Shown: positions 32,077-44,300 of the stretch, in pieces
How positions within the stretch are numbered: the first letter of the stretch is position 1
Layout: each line of letters starts with the position of its first letter
Source of the DNA: Catajapyx aquilonaris
Taxonomy: Eukaryota
Length of the DNA: 64,000 bases
Direction of reading: 5' to 3'
NCBI GenBank assembly: GCA_000934665.2
Contig: KZ537963.1
Location: forward strand, 124,001 to 188,000
Translations under genes and position numbers: made by a program
Notes under the pieces: model-generated
What the model was told of the DNA's origin: nothing
The model's database searches: none
What the model saw: the letters and a program-made list of their open reading frames with translations, nothing else

Positions 32077-33759
32077 ATGTCGTCCGAAACAGATGTGGAT
32101 GGATCCACGTTGGAAGGGGTGAGATCCATGGGTGAATTTAAAGGATTAATTTTTTAAATGCGTTTTTTTTTTTTTAAATCAGGGAGGACAGATTATCCGG
32201 ATGACTATGGCGTTTAGTGCGCTTCTAGGCGGTCCGGTTAGAGTGCAGAATATACGGGCTGGAAGGAGCAAGCCGGGTCTTCAGGCGCAGCATCTGAAAG
32301 GTATACGTGTTGGGACACACTCTGATATGGTTTGAGTGACGTGATTTGTTTGCAGGTTTGGAGCTGGTGAGGGACATATGCAGAGGGAAGCTACGAGGAG
32401 CAGAGATTGGGTCGACGGAGATTACGTTCCACCCAGGGAAAATCAGCAATGGAAAATATTTAGCTGATATAACAACTGCGGGGTGAGCGTCATTGCTGGT
32501 GTGATATGAACACGATTTTACATGTCGTACTTTGCAGGAGTGTTGGTCTTCTTGTCCAGGTTGCGCTACCCTGTGCACTCTTTGCGCGTGGACCCACAGA
32601 GCTGACCCTCCGAGGCGGAACAAATGCGGACATGGCGCCTCCCATTGACTACACCTTAGAGGTGTTCAAACCCGTCGTTAAGAGGTTCGGAGTTGAATTC
32701 GACCTGCAGATAATCAGGCGGGGTTACTTCCCACGAGGAGGAGGGGAAATACAGCTTCAGATAAACCCGGTGAAGGAACTTGCGCCTGTCACCATGTTGG
32801 ATCCAGGCCAGGTGTCGAAAGTGTATGGATGGTGCTACGTCGCAGGGGTTGTGCCGATCAAAGTGAGTTTTAGGTTGTCGATGTGTCGTATGGAAAGCTG
32901 GTAACGGATGTGACCTTTAGGTGGCCCACGCAATGGCTCAGGGTGCCAACACGGAGCTGCGGAAGCAGTTTCCACGCTTGCAGGTTTACATCCAGTGCTA
33001 CAAAGAGAAGCCGCAAGAGGCTATTGGAAATGGCTCTGGCATAAAGTATGGAGTGCCATCTGTCGCTTTATGTTCATTAAGTTCATACCTGTTATGTTGA
33101 CCAAGCGACACTCGTTCCTCTCGCTTCCTTTAGTAATAATGGTAGTGGGATTTTGGGTGTCGCATATCAAAATATATGAATTCTTCACCCATCGTTACCT
33201 GTTGATGGTGATGTTTGGTTTTGCATGTTCATACATTTCCACATAACTTTTGTCGTAGCCCGTTTTAAACATTTTCAATGTTACATAATTATTTGCTATT
33301 TCACAGCTTGGTGGCTGAAACCACGACTGGTTGTCTCCTGGGAGGATCTGGCCTTGGCAAACGTGATGTACCACCTGAAGAAACTGGTCGTACAGCAGCA
33401 CTGGAAGTATTGCAGTGTCTCAATGAAGGCGTGTGTGTAGACAAACGCATGCAAGATCAGGTTAGGATGAATGTGACGGCAAATGTTTCATACATTTTAA
33501 CTGGTACTTTTCCTTCCATTACAGATCATCATATACATGGCACTGGCCAATGGAAAGTCAAGAGTGAAGTGTGGGACGTGTACGTTGCATACACAGACAG
33601 CAATACATGTGGCTCATCTTATGACTGGCGTGAGTTGCTGAAATGTCATTTGCTTGGTGACATTTTAAAAGCTTTTTTGTATTTAATTTTCAGGCCAAGT
33701 TCAACGCCAGTGATGATGGCATCCTTGAATGTGATGGAATCGGACTCTCTAGTCAATAA
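32077..33759 (+). CDS. RTCA: RNA 3'-terminal phosphate cyclase, copy 1, about 353 aa. Exons 32077-32118, 32183-32300, 32356-32482, 32538-32862, 32921-33045, 33307-33460, 33525-33629, 33694-33759
   Basis: [68 protein letters not shown], catalytic TLHTQTAI; 1062 nt in frame. Confidence 0.96.
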
Positions 33760-33991
33760 TGAATCTGTGGAGGACTTTCGAAAAGTATTAACGACTCCTG
33801 TATTTCTCTTCAGGGTATTCCTGACCTGCAATTAATTGTCATTATGTGACATAAAGGGAACAATAAAGATTACCTGGAAATAATACGACTTCAAAAATAA
33901 TGTCCCGCTATTTTGCCTTGTGCATGTCAAACACCTTTCTGTGAAGAATTGCACTCAACTGGATACAACAATATGCACGATTTTAGCATGA

Positions 33992-34217
33992 TTTTCACTC
34001 CTTCCACTTGATGTGACTCCCACTCGTTTTGAGTCAGAATCACTATTGTTATCATTCGAGTGAAATATTATCACGTAAAATTAGCGATAATTTCAAATAG
34101 CCTCCCGCTCATTTCCACTCTTCTTTCGTGTAATTTTCTACTCGATTTGAGATCAAGTATATCTTTGAGGAGTGAAATTCGTTCAAAAAGAGCACTTTGC
34201 AAAATTGCTCATTTTTT
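33992..34217 (+). repeat. Interspersed repeat, copy 1 (second copy at 41981-42197)
   Basis: ttttcactccttccactt...tgactcccact...tttgagtca...gcgataatttca...gctcattt.cactcttctttcg.gtaattttcta...ttgaggagtgaaattc...aaaaagagca...aaattgctcattt is shared by both copies. Confidence 0.85.
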
Positions 34218-35061
34218 GAAATTCTCAGCGTGATATACAGGGTGACCACGCTAACTCTGGCAAACACCACAGGGTGGGTAGAGGCCCCATAGGCAAGTAT
34301 TTTGAGCTTCGGTACCCATGTCCGGAAATGCCCCCCCGTTTTCAGGAATTCCGAAAATTTTGCTCGGGCTTTTGTCTGAGTCGCGGGCCGGATCCATGCA
34401 CTAGCGTATTCGAGGAGTGTCATCATCATAGGGCTGATAAGAAGAACGAATACGGTAGATCTCCCTCGGGGTTTCCCACATATGCCTCCACATCCAATCA
34501 GACCTCCTGCTTATTGCATCACATGGCCACACAGGTTCACCCTTCGCTATTTTCCTGTATGATGACTAGTCCTTCCACAGTGCACAGCCGACAGCCATGC
34601 TTAGTAGAGACAAGTGCTAATAACTCTTGACAAGTTCTTGGTAGAGCTCTTTGGTATGCCCGAGAGACACCCAACCTGATCTGATAGCACCTAATGGATC
34701 ATTATAGGAGTCCTTTAGGCTATAACGATCGTCTGTTAGGCCATATCGCATCGGTAATTTCGTTGGTGCAATCGGGTAGTATTACATGTACAGTGTAAGA
34801 TATTTGAACAATGTGGCCGGTGCAGGCTGAACTGCGAGTGTTTCATTTCGAGTGTGTTGCCAGGGATTAGAAAATAAGGTACCTTTTTCTAATCCCTGGT
34901 GTCGCAAACAATGGACGAATTTTCGTCCCACTGCTAGTTACTGCTAACTTTGAGGCTTCCATATTATTTTTAAATCTTAATTATTGCATCTCTCCCCTGC
35001 TTGAATGTGTAAGATTTGTATGGTCGGCTTGTTGGCCCGTCGAGTGAGGGTCAAGGGCAGT

Positions 35062-37327
35062 ATGTCGTCTGAAACGGATGTAGATGGATCCACATTGGAA
35101 GGGGTGAGCCAGATGCAGGGTTTTAGTGCATTTAAATTTACTCCTTTCCATCAGTTGCCATGTCGAAATGGCGCGCAACTGGAAAGTCCTCAATTATTGT
35201 GCTTAAATGTGCTGATTTTAATAATAATCAGGGAGGACAGATTCTCCGGATGACTATGGCATTCAGTGCACTTCTGGGAGGTCCGGTTAGAGTGCAGAAT
35301 ATACGGGCTAGAAGGAGCCAGCCTGGTTTGCAAGGGCAGCATCTGAAAGGTATACGGACAAAGGTTGCTGGTCATTTTTATAGGGTGGAGCGAAAAACAT
35401 GGACTTGTATAACACTGCGTCAAACGTGACATGACGTGTTATGGCATAGTCATGTACAGCAGTGATATTTTTCAGCAAATTTCGAGATGGTCTAGCAACA
35501 TTTCGGCTTACTTGATTCGGAATGACCCATATGCACTATTTCCAGGAATTTGGTTTTATGACTGCAACTGCCCCCAAGGCCAAAAACAAATCCCAGACAA
35601 AAGAAATGCTCAATTATGAGTTACCAGTGACCTAAGTAACATGGAAATAGAGGCGGATTTCCATGGGAAAAAATCGTGTTGCATTGAATATTGTTGTGGT
35701 GTTCTCGCAAAAATTGCGAAACTTGAAGGTTCTTTTGTCGAATGAAGATGAAGTACGAAAATTACTGCTATAGTCCAATAGTCCATACACAACTTTTGAC
35801 ACCCCGTGCTATTTAATGGGACAACTTTCATGGTTTTCGCTCCAGCCTATTGGTCATTCTGCGAACGGTTGAGTGACGGAGGTTTGTTGCAGGTTTGGAG
35901 CTGGTGAGGGACATATGTGGTGGACAACTCAGAGGAGGGGAGATTGGGTCAACAGAGATTACATTCTACCCAGGGAAAATCAGAGATGGAAAATATGTAG
36001 GTGAAATATTGGCGGCTGGGTGAGTGATTATCTTTTCAGGCTGGACACATGAGCATTGTTTTAACGTAGTAACTATACCTTGCAGGAGTGTCAGTCTTCT
36101 TGTCCAGGTTGCGCTACCCTGTGCACTGTTTGCAAGTGGACCGACATACCTGACCCTCCGAGGCGTCACAAATTCGGACATGGCGCCTCACATCGACAAC
36201 ACTTTGGAGGTGTTCAAACCTGTTATGAAGAGGTTCGGAGTTGAATTCGACCTGCAGATAATCAGGCGGGGTTACTTCCCACGAGGAGGAGGCGAAATAC
36301 AGCTTCAGATAAACCCGGTGAAGGAACTTGCGCCTGTCACCATGTTGGATCCAGGCCAGGTGTCGAAAGTGTATGGATGGTGCTATGTCGCAGGGGTTGT
36401 GCCCATCAAGGTGAGTTTTAGGTTTGAGTTGTATGGAAAGGTGGTAACGGATGTGACCTTTAGGTGGCCCACGCAATGGCTGAGGCTGCCGACACTGAGC
36501 TGCGGAAGCAGTTTCCATGCTTGCAGGTTTACATCCAGTGCTACAAAGAGAAGCCGCAAGAGGCTATTGGAAATGGCTCGGGAATAAAGTATGGATGCCT
36601 GTTAAATATGCTTTCAAAGTGGAGTAGCTCAATTTGAGTTCACACGTGTTATGTTGCCCAAGCGATGCTCGTTCCTCTCGCTTCCTTGAGTAATAATGGT
36701 AGTGGGATTTTGGGTGTCGCATATCAAAATATCTGAATACTTCACCCATCTTTACCTGTTGATGGTGATGTTTGGTTTTGCATGTTCATACATTTCCACA
36801 TAACTTTTGTCGTAGTAGCCTACGTTTTAAACTTTGCAGATTTGCTTTTCAATGTTACGTATTTGGCGTTTCACAGCTTGGTGGCTGAAACCACGACTGG
36901 TTGTCTCCTGGGAGGAAATGGCCTTGGCAAATGTGATGTACCACCTGAAGAAACTGGTCGTACAGCAGCACTAGAAGTATTGGAGTGTCTCAGTGAAGGC
37001 GTGTGTGTAGACAAATACATGCAAGATCAGGTTAGGATGAATGTGACTGAAAATGTTTCATACAATTTAACTGGTGTTTTCCCTTCCATAACAGCTCATC
37101 ATATACATGGCACTGGCCAATGGAAAGTCGAGAGTGAAGTGTGGGACGTGTACGTTGCATACACAGGCAGCGATACACGTGGCTCATGTTATGACTGGAG
37201 TGAGTTGCTAAAATGTCATTTGCTTGGTGACATTTTAAAAGCTTTTTTTGTATTTAATTTTCAGGCCAAGTTCAATGCCAGTGATGATGGCATCCTTGAA
37301 TGTGATGGAATCGGACTCAGTCAATAA
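35062..37327 (+). CDS. RTCA: RNA 3'-terminal phosphate cyclase, copy 2 (tandem paralog with the same 8-exon structure; intron 2 expanded to about 540 nt)
   Basis: All exons and GT-AG junctions are retained and no stop or frameshift was seen; [41 protein letters not shown] near 37437. Confidence 0.92.
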
Positions 37328-38363
37328 TGAATCTGTGGAGGACTTTCAAAAAGTATTAACCGGCGACTCCTGTATTTCTCTTCAGCAGGGTATTCCTGAC
37401 CTGCAATTAATTGTCATTATGTGACATAATGGGAACAATAAAGATTATCTGGATATAATACGACTGCAAAAAGAATGGCCCACTATATTTTGCCTTATGC
37501 ACCGTCAAACGCACCTTTCTATGAAGTATTCCACTCGACTGGATACAACAATATGCACGAATTTAGTATGATCGAGGCTATTACTTGTATAAGCTCATCT
37601 TTGAATAGATATGTGGGACTAGTATTTTTGATCACCTTGTGTAAGAACTTGTATTGAACTAATCGGAATTTGCATATTTGCATTGGTCTAAGAAGGCAGA
37701 GGCCTTAATATTGCACAGCATAAAATAGGGTTGTTCCGTAACGATTCAGAAAACATTATCTAGTTAAAGTTGCGTGAATGTGAGCCTTTGTTTGTTTTGT
37801 CGAGACTCTAAACACAACGAATGCTGAAAATGCTGCTTGCACTCAATAATAATTGTCTGCTGCTACACTATAGATACAGACTGAACATACAAGAGTCAGG
37901 ACACACCTAGTCATACAGGGAAATAAAATGAAAGCACAAAGTCTACGCAATAAAAAAGTTGTAATATCAGCTCTTTGTACACATTGGCATATATTTTTTA
38001 AAAGTACAAAAACCCTTGGCAAGTAATACCCCGTAGAGACAAGAGGCGTCATAATTATATATATTAATGTACACTCACGCTTTTACACTATCGGGTGGGG
38101 CATCATCCTACGCTACCAAACAATAACCCAAGGCAAGTTGCAGCCTTCCAGGTGACAATCATATCTGTCCGGGAGATAGAAATCACAGTAAAAATGGACC
38201 ACTGAAAGCGTCTGTTTTACGTGTTTGGTAGTAAGAATACAACACTGAGGAGATACTTGAGGTAGTTAAGCTTGGTCCACGGGTCTGCTGCATTGATTGG
38301 TGAATCCGAAGCACAACGACCCAACGACCAGCTTTGACTCTCAGTGCTTTTTGAAAGAGTGTA

Positions 38364-41300
38364 TCAGGAAATGATGCAGTTTTTGTCCTTTTCAGATGCC
38401 TTGTTTCTGGGCTGCGTTCCAGGCGATATGTCTGCAACGGTGGAGTTGCTGATACCTGGTCTCTGTCTGGCACAAGCGAAGGCATCGTTGGGGACATAAG
38501 ATATCCGTACACCTCCATATGCCTGTCTGGGAGGAAGCTCGTAAGGATCATCATCGTCGCTGCTGGAGCTGGAACAAGTGGAGCATCTCTCTTCATCGTG
38601 CGGCTGCTGTGGAGGCGGTGGTCTTCTTAAGAACTTGTCCACAACCTGGTCCTCAAGAGTGATGTCTGCGGCTGTCCGGTGTCGTCTTGGCGGTTGTGTC
38701 TCCACTTCTGGGTGTCCAGAGTACGACCTGCTTCTGGGAAACACCCGACGTCCTTCTGCCCGACCGACAGTGGATGCTTTGGCCGGCAGCTGTGTGCAGT
38801 GGCTGCTGGATGAGCTGGTGTCTGAGTGCTCCACAACCGCTGTTTCGTCGAACCGTACCGTCAGCTGCTTCCCACTTGTTGGTGTCTCCACAAGGTTGCT
38901 CTTCCGGGGCGACTCAGATTCGACCAAGTTGGGCATCGACGAATGTTCCACAACAGCGATGGCTCCAGGGTTTGGACAATTGGCTCGACCTTTGACCGCC
39001 TCGCCAGCCCATGCCAACCACGCTTCCAGGTTGTCATCAGTCAACGCTGTGGGCGTCAGCGGTTGTCGACTCCGCCTCTCTCGTCCTTCAGCAACCAAGC
39101 GACCTAATGTGCGCTCCAGCACAATCCGGTCCAGACTTCTCTCCAGCACCACCCGCTCTCCCTGGAACGCCAAGCTGGAGTCTGAACTACCACATCCCAA
39201 CGCAGACTCATCCGTCTGCAACCCAACCTCCTGGGTCGACGGTGAGGACGCCGATACTACAGGTGATGCTGGAGACGATGCGGACACTGCAGGAGATGGC
39301 GACTTCCTTCTGGAGCTGGTGTCTTCAGATGGTGGCGGAGAACTGGATGCCACACTGGTGCTGGTGTTGGTCTTGACCCCTCGTCTTCTGGGTGAGTGTG
39401 GACTTGACCCTTCGCTCATCTCAGACGCAGAGTCCTGGACCGGAGGCAGCATCTTCAGCTGGTAGTGGCTGAGTCGACTCCTCTGCGTCCTGACCCTCCT
39501 TTCAGCCAGGGGCGAGATCGGGGGCGAGGCCGTCTCTGACCCCAGCTCAGACAACGGGGGCGAAGGATGGGCAGCCGTGGCCGAGACGCGTCTGAGGAAC
39601 GGTGGCGGCCTGGCTGGTGTCGTTGGAGTGTTGGCATTGCTGTCCGTAGGCGTCGGAGGCTCACCTTTGCTGCAGGCAATGGAGCAGTAGATGGACCCTC
39701 GACGAGGAAGGAAAGGACGACCAAGGAGGGACGACCGACATGTCTGGCAGCAGAAACACTCTTCTGTCGCATGCCAATGCTGACCCTCATGGCTCATCTG
39801 ACCTGCAACATTGTTAAAAATGTGATGGAAGCCTGATCTTTACTACAGGACGAAATGGCAGGTGGAGGGCGGTGGCAGTTCAGAGAGCAGGTGACACTGA
39901 CAGGACAGGTCCGTCCATTAGCATGATAATTTTAGTTAGGTTGCGGACCTGGGCGTTTATTGTGCTGGGTTATGCAACCGCAAATACAGTTGAATCCGGA
40001 TATAACATACTAGGACCGCAGAAAAAGTATGTCTGTTATATCCGGATTAGACTGTGGCGCCGCAAGCCAACGAACGTTATTGTGGCATTGCCACGGCCAG
40101 ATGCGCTCTCTGAACTGCCCATACCTCCAACCACTTCGTCGCGTAGTAATGATCATCCGACGCTGTACCTTGATCAACTCCGATGGGATCCCCGCAGGCG
40201 TCGCAGTACTCGGCAAACATAGCGTCGAAACAATGCAGACAGTACGGCTTCCCATCCCGCATGATGTACCGCTGTCCTCCGAGTTGTCGATCGCACTCGA
40301 AGCATGCAAAGTGCTTCATGTGCCAAGCCCTTCCTTCCGCCTCGGTACACTCGTCAGCCAGTATGATCTATAGGAAAATAAATAATAAAAAGAAACCCAT
40401 CATAAATCAAAAAGAGATTGTAGCGTGCACCATTTGTCATCTTCCGCTACTTTTTTTTAATATAACAAAAATTACATTCCCCAGTGGGTACACATAGTTT
40501 CTCTGGCAGTTATTATCACTTTCCTCGCGACCACCCGCGACATTAGCTCCGGAAAAAGAAAAGCACTTTGGGGACCTGTGATGGGCTGGCCACATGAACC
40601 CAAAAATGGGTCCGGATCACGGCATGCTTTTTTACCTCATCGCAGGCGGCGCAACGAGGTTTCAGCGTCTCTGCATGGTGTCGACCACAGTATAGTTGTC
40701 CTTCTCTGAAGAAGTAGATCAGGTCGATCAGAAGCTCTCGACAGACTGAACACACGAAGCAGGCGGGATGCCAACAGGCTGATGGACCTGCTCTGGAGGC
40801 GAACACTGCGATGTCTCCACCGGACAATGCTTCTTTGCACTGCGGGATTGGGGGGTGTTACAACATATACTTTAAAGTACTTAGCATGTACACGTACATT
40901 GCAGCAGACCATAGGCGCTTGCAGGTTGACAAGTAGTTGTCGGACGGTACCACGTCCCAAGGCATCTCTTTTCCTCTGGGCAGAAAACAGCCGGAGCTCC
41001 TTCTTCTCCTCTTCGGACAGCCCATGACAATACCGGACTTCGTTGTCATGTGGAGGCAACTGGTGCAACAACTGACGTACCCTGTACTTCTCACCCACGG
41101 AATTCACATACGGAATCTTATCCTCAGGCAGCGCCGCAAAGTACAAATGGACCTGCAACAAAAACAGAATCGATTGTAATATGGACGCCTCAATCGGAGA
41201 CGCAGCTGGAGCGTCGTCTCCCTCGAAACAAAAACGACGCCTCCCCCGATAAATTAAAGACGTGAGTGGAATGTGATTGGGAAAGAGAAAAAAAAACAGT

Positions 41301-44300
41301 TCCCCTCCCCCCCCCCTCCAATTTTGCAATTCCCATTGTTACGACCATGCCTTGGATGTAGCCACATTAACGGGAATAGAATTCAAATGGACCTGCTTTT
41401 TCTCTCCAAAAAATTCAGCAGTTTGTCATCAGCATTGTACCGTAACACAAGGGCATTCCAGGTTCCGGATAAGTTGGGGGGGGGGGGGTTCAGATGCTCA
41501 GAGAGTTCATTTTTCAGAAGGAAAAAAACACCCCGATAGTTTCAATTGGGAGGGAGGAAGGCACGTGGAGCAATTAAACTGAAGATCGATTACATTCCAA
41601 TTACGTTCCTCCGAGGAGTTTCCTGGAGTTCAAGATGGGGGGAATGCTTATCTTGTTCTTCAAGACGTTTCCTTTGTGGGAACTGGCTTTCAAGCAGTTT
41701 GTATACTTTCGAAGCTGCTATTGGGAACCGATTTGGGGGCATAAAAGTGGTTTGCAAACAAATAATGCGCTAATCGCGATCAATATTGCCTTTTCAATTA
41801 TTGGAACAATGACACTATTATAGTTGCTCTTGTTGATTTTTTTATGTACAGTGCTGGACATGTTATCAGTCCCTAAATGCGTTTATTTTTCGTCATTGGC
41901 GGCGTTACCTGCCAACTAAGTAAACATTTAGGGACTGCTAATATGTCCAGCACTGTAGTCTTTAAAAAATGGTCGAGTTATTTTCACTCCTTCCACTTAA
42001 TTTGACTCCCACTAGTTTATTTGAGTCAAAATCACTCGAGTGAAAAATAATCACTCAAAATGAGCGATAATTTCACTCACTGAAAAGTGAAAGAGTAGTA
42101 TCCAGCTCATTTTCACTCTTCTTTCGCGTAATTTTCTAGTCGAAATATTTGAGGAGTGAAATTCACGTAAAAAGAGCATTTTGCGAAATTGCTCATTTAT
42201 TGAGTGAATTTTTCACTCGCAAATTCGTAGAAAAATATGTTACAAAGAAACAAGATTGGCAAATCACGGGAGGGTGATTCGAGTAGACTTTTTCTCATTG
42301 GGAAGTGCGGGAGATCAGGCTGGCAATTGATTGAACATGTTGTCAGTCTTATGCTTTATTTATTTAGGCTTTGATATCTGTCCACAAACGGACGGACGGA
42401 CAGAGCTGGAAGACTTTTCAGAAAAGGTCTAATAAAATCACCACCCGATTTGTCACACTTATGGAATTCACTTATGCAAAAATTACCACATTTCACATTA
42501 CCAGATATCACTGACCTTCCCGCAATTATCATAACTGGCCTTCCCAGCATAATGACGTCCAATCAAGCCATAAAACCCAGCCGACAACTCATCAACCACA
42601 CTTCGCAACAACGCCATGTACGGATCAGTGCGAAAAACACTACTGGCAGATCCACCCTTAACCAAGGGGAAAAAATCCATTGTAACAGTTGGTGGTAGGG
42701 GGATGGGGGATCAAAGTGAGCCCCCATATTGCAAGTCCCCCCCCAAAAGCATTATGACTACTTAGCACCGAACGTGAGGCGTCGTCTCTACAACTATATT
42801 TGCCCACTTTACGAGGCCGTAATAAAATTTTCCGGCTGGCCATTGAGGTGATAACGGCTCATCTGGACGATATGCCCGACTTTGGCCCACCACACACACA
42901 AAAAAATGAGTCCTAAAAAAAAGTGAAATCAGTTACGTGTGGTGGGTTGCGAACATGAAATTTTCGTCGACCATAAGAAAATAATCCTTCAGAGTGAGAA
43001 AATTCCCTGCCAACTGAATCGAAAATCTAATTAACAAGAGTTTGCTAAAACAAGTGGAGGGCTTTCCATCTGCATAAAATTGCCATCAAAAGTGAGCCCA
43101 TAAAAAGGGGTTTTTGGGAAAGGATCTAACTATACCTTCCACTCAAAATAATCCCCGACACTTCCTTCCCTAACACTTTTCAATTAAGCTAAAAATTTCT
43201 GAAACAACCCCCCTGTCTGCATAAGATAAACCCCATTTTTTTGTGAAAACTTTAGTCCGAGTGTCTTATGTTGCATTTTCCAGGTCATGTCATTAACGCA
43301 TTTCGCTCCAAATGATTTTCAATTCTCTTTTCCATATCTCACAAATTAGGCGCCACAACAAGCGCAGGAATTTGGGGGAGGGACTTCTCAGAACCACGTT
43401 TCCTCAACAGTGTAATTGGATTAAATGCGGCGGATACAAAATGTGCTAAAAGGACAAGGAACAAAAAAAAAGAGGAGGAAGTTACGACCTTTCGGATGAC
43501 TGCAATCCCTAATTTTCATTCATGTAATTCTAGTACTCATATATAGCGCAGAAATTGTCTAGATGACACAGGTACATTATGTCACATACATTTTTTTTCG
43601 AGAATTATTTTCATGTATATTTCCATGAAAAGTCAAGAAAAGTTTATCTTTAAAAAAAATGTCTGGGTCCTGAAGAGACGTCTAGACGAATCTTCCTCTT
43701 CGGTTTATCTCGCAGCTTCATTCCCAGTGTGCATCAGGAGAGCACTCAATCCCAGTCAGAAATCATGCCTCTAGTCTATTACCCTTCTCGGAATGCGCCC
43801 TTAGGGGCTCGTATCATTTTTGCGCTGCCTGCACCCGACAATGAACCAACCCTCCCTCCCCCCCCCCCCNCCCCCAAAAAAAAAAAAAGTTGCCAGTCCC
43901 ATGAATACTCACCAACACTTTTGTTCCGCTCTCTCAACCGAGAAGACCAAGATGACAAAACCCGCGGTTACCTCAACCATGAGGATTATTTTTTTATACC
44001 AAGTTGAGGGGGGTGGTTTAAATAAATGTACGTAATTTGGACTACTGAAGGTTGTGAGGTGTTTTTTTTTTGGCGGGGGGTCCTTAGAGAAAGGTGTGCG
44101 GAATAAAATTTTGTTGAGAGGTGAAGAGCAGCTTTCGGAGATGAGATGACCCCCTGAGGGCACATTGGAAGCCTTGGTCTTGATTGAGAGCACTTTACGT
44201 TGCCCCAAATTTACACAAACTTTGCTGGAGTAATGGACACACGAGTGGACTTTTTTATAGGTTGGAAAAGTTGGATCCAATTGAAAGGGATTTGCCTTCC

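Noticed and set aside
33110..33260. Segment of the longer RTCA intron 5 shared by both copies, with weak hairpins and a short NGSGIL-encoding stretch
   Set aside because: No convincing C/D or H/ACA boxes, the putative acceptor is lost in copy 2, and the similarity is explained by the recent duplication.
38578..39465. 295-aa plus-strand ORF, and similar long antisense ORFs at 30956-31681 and 50946-51518
   Set aside because: Antisense shadows of prickle and SMC2 coding exons with no independent protein features.
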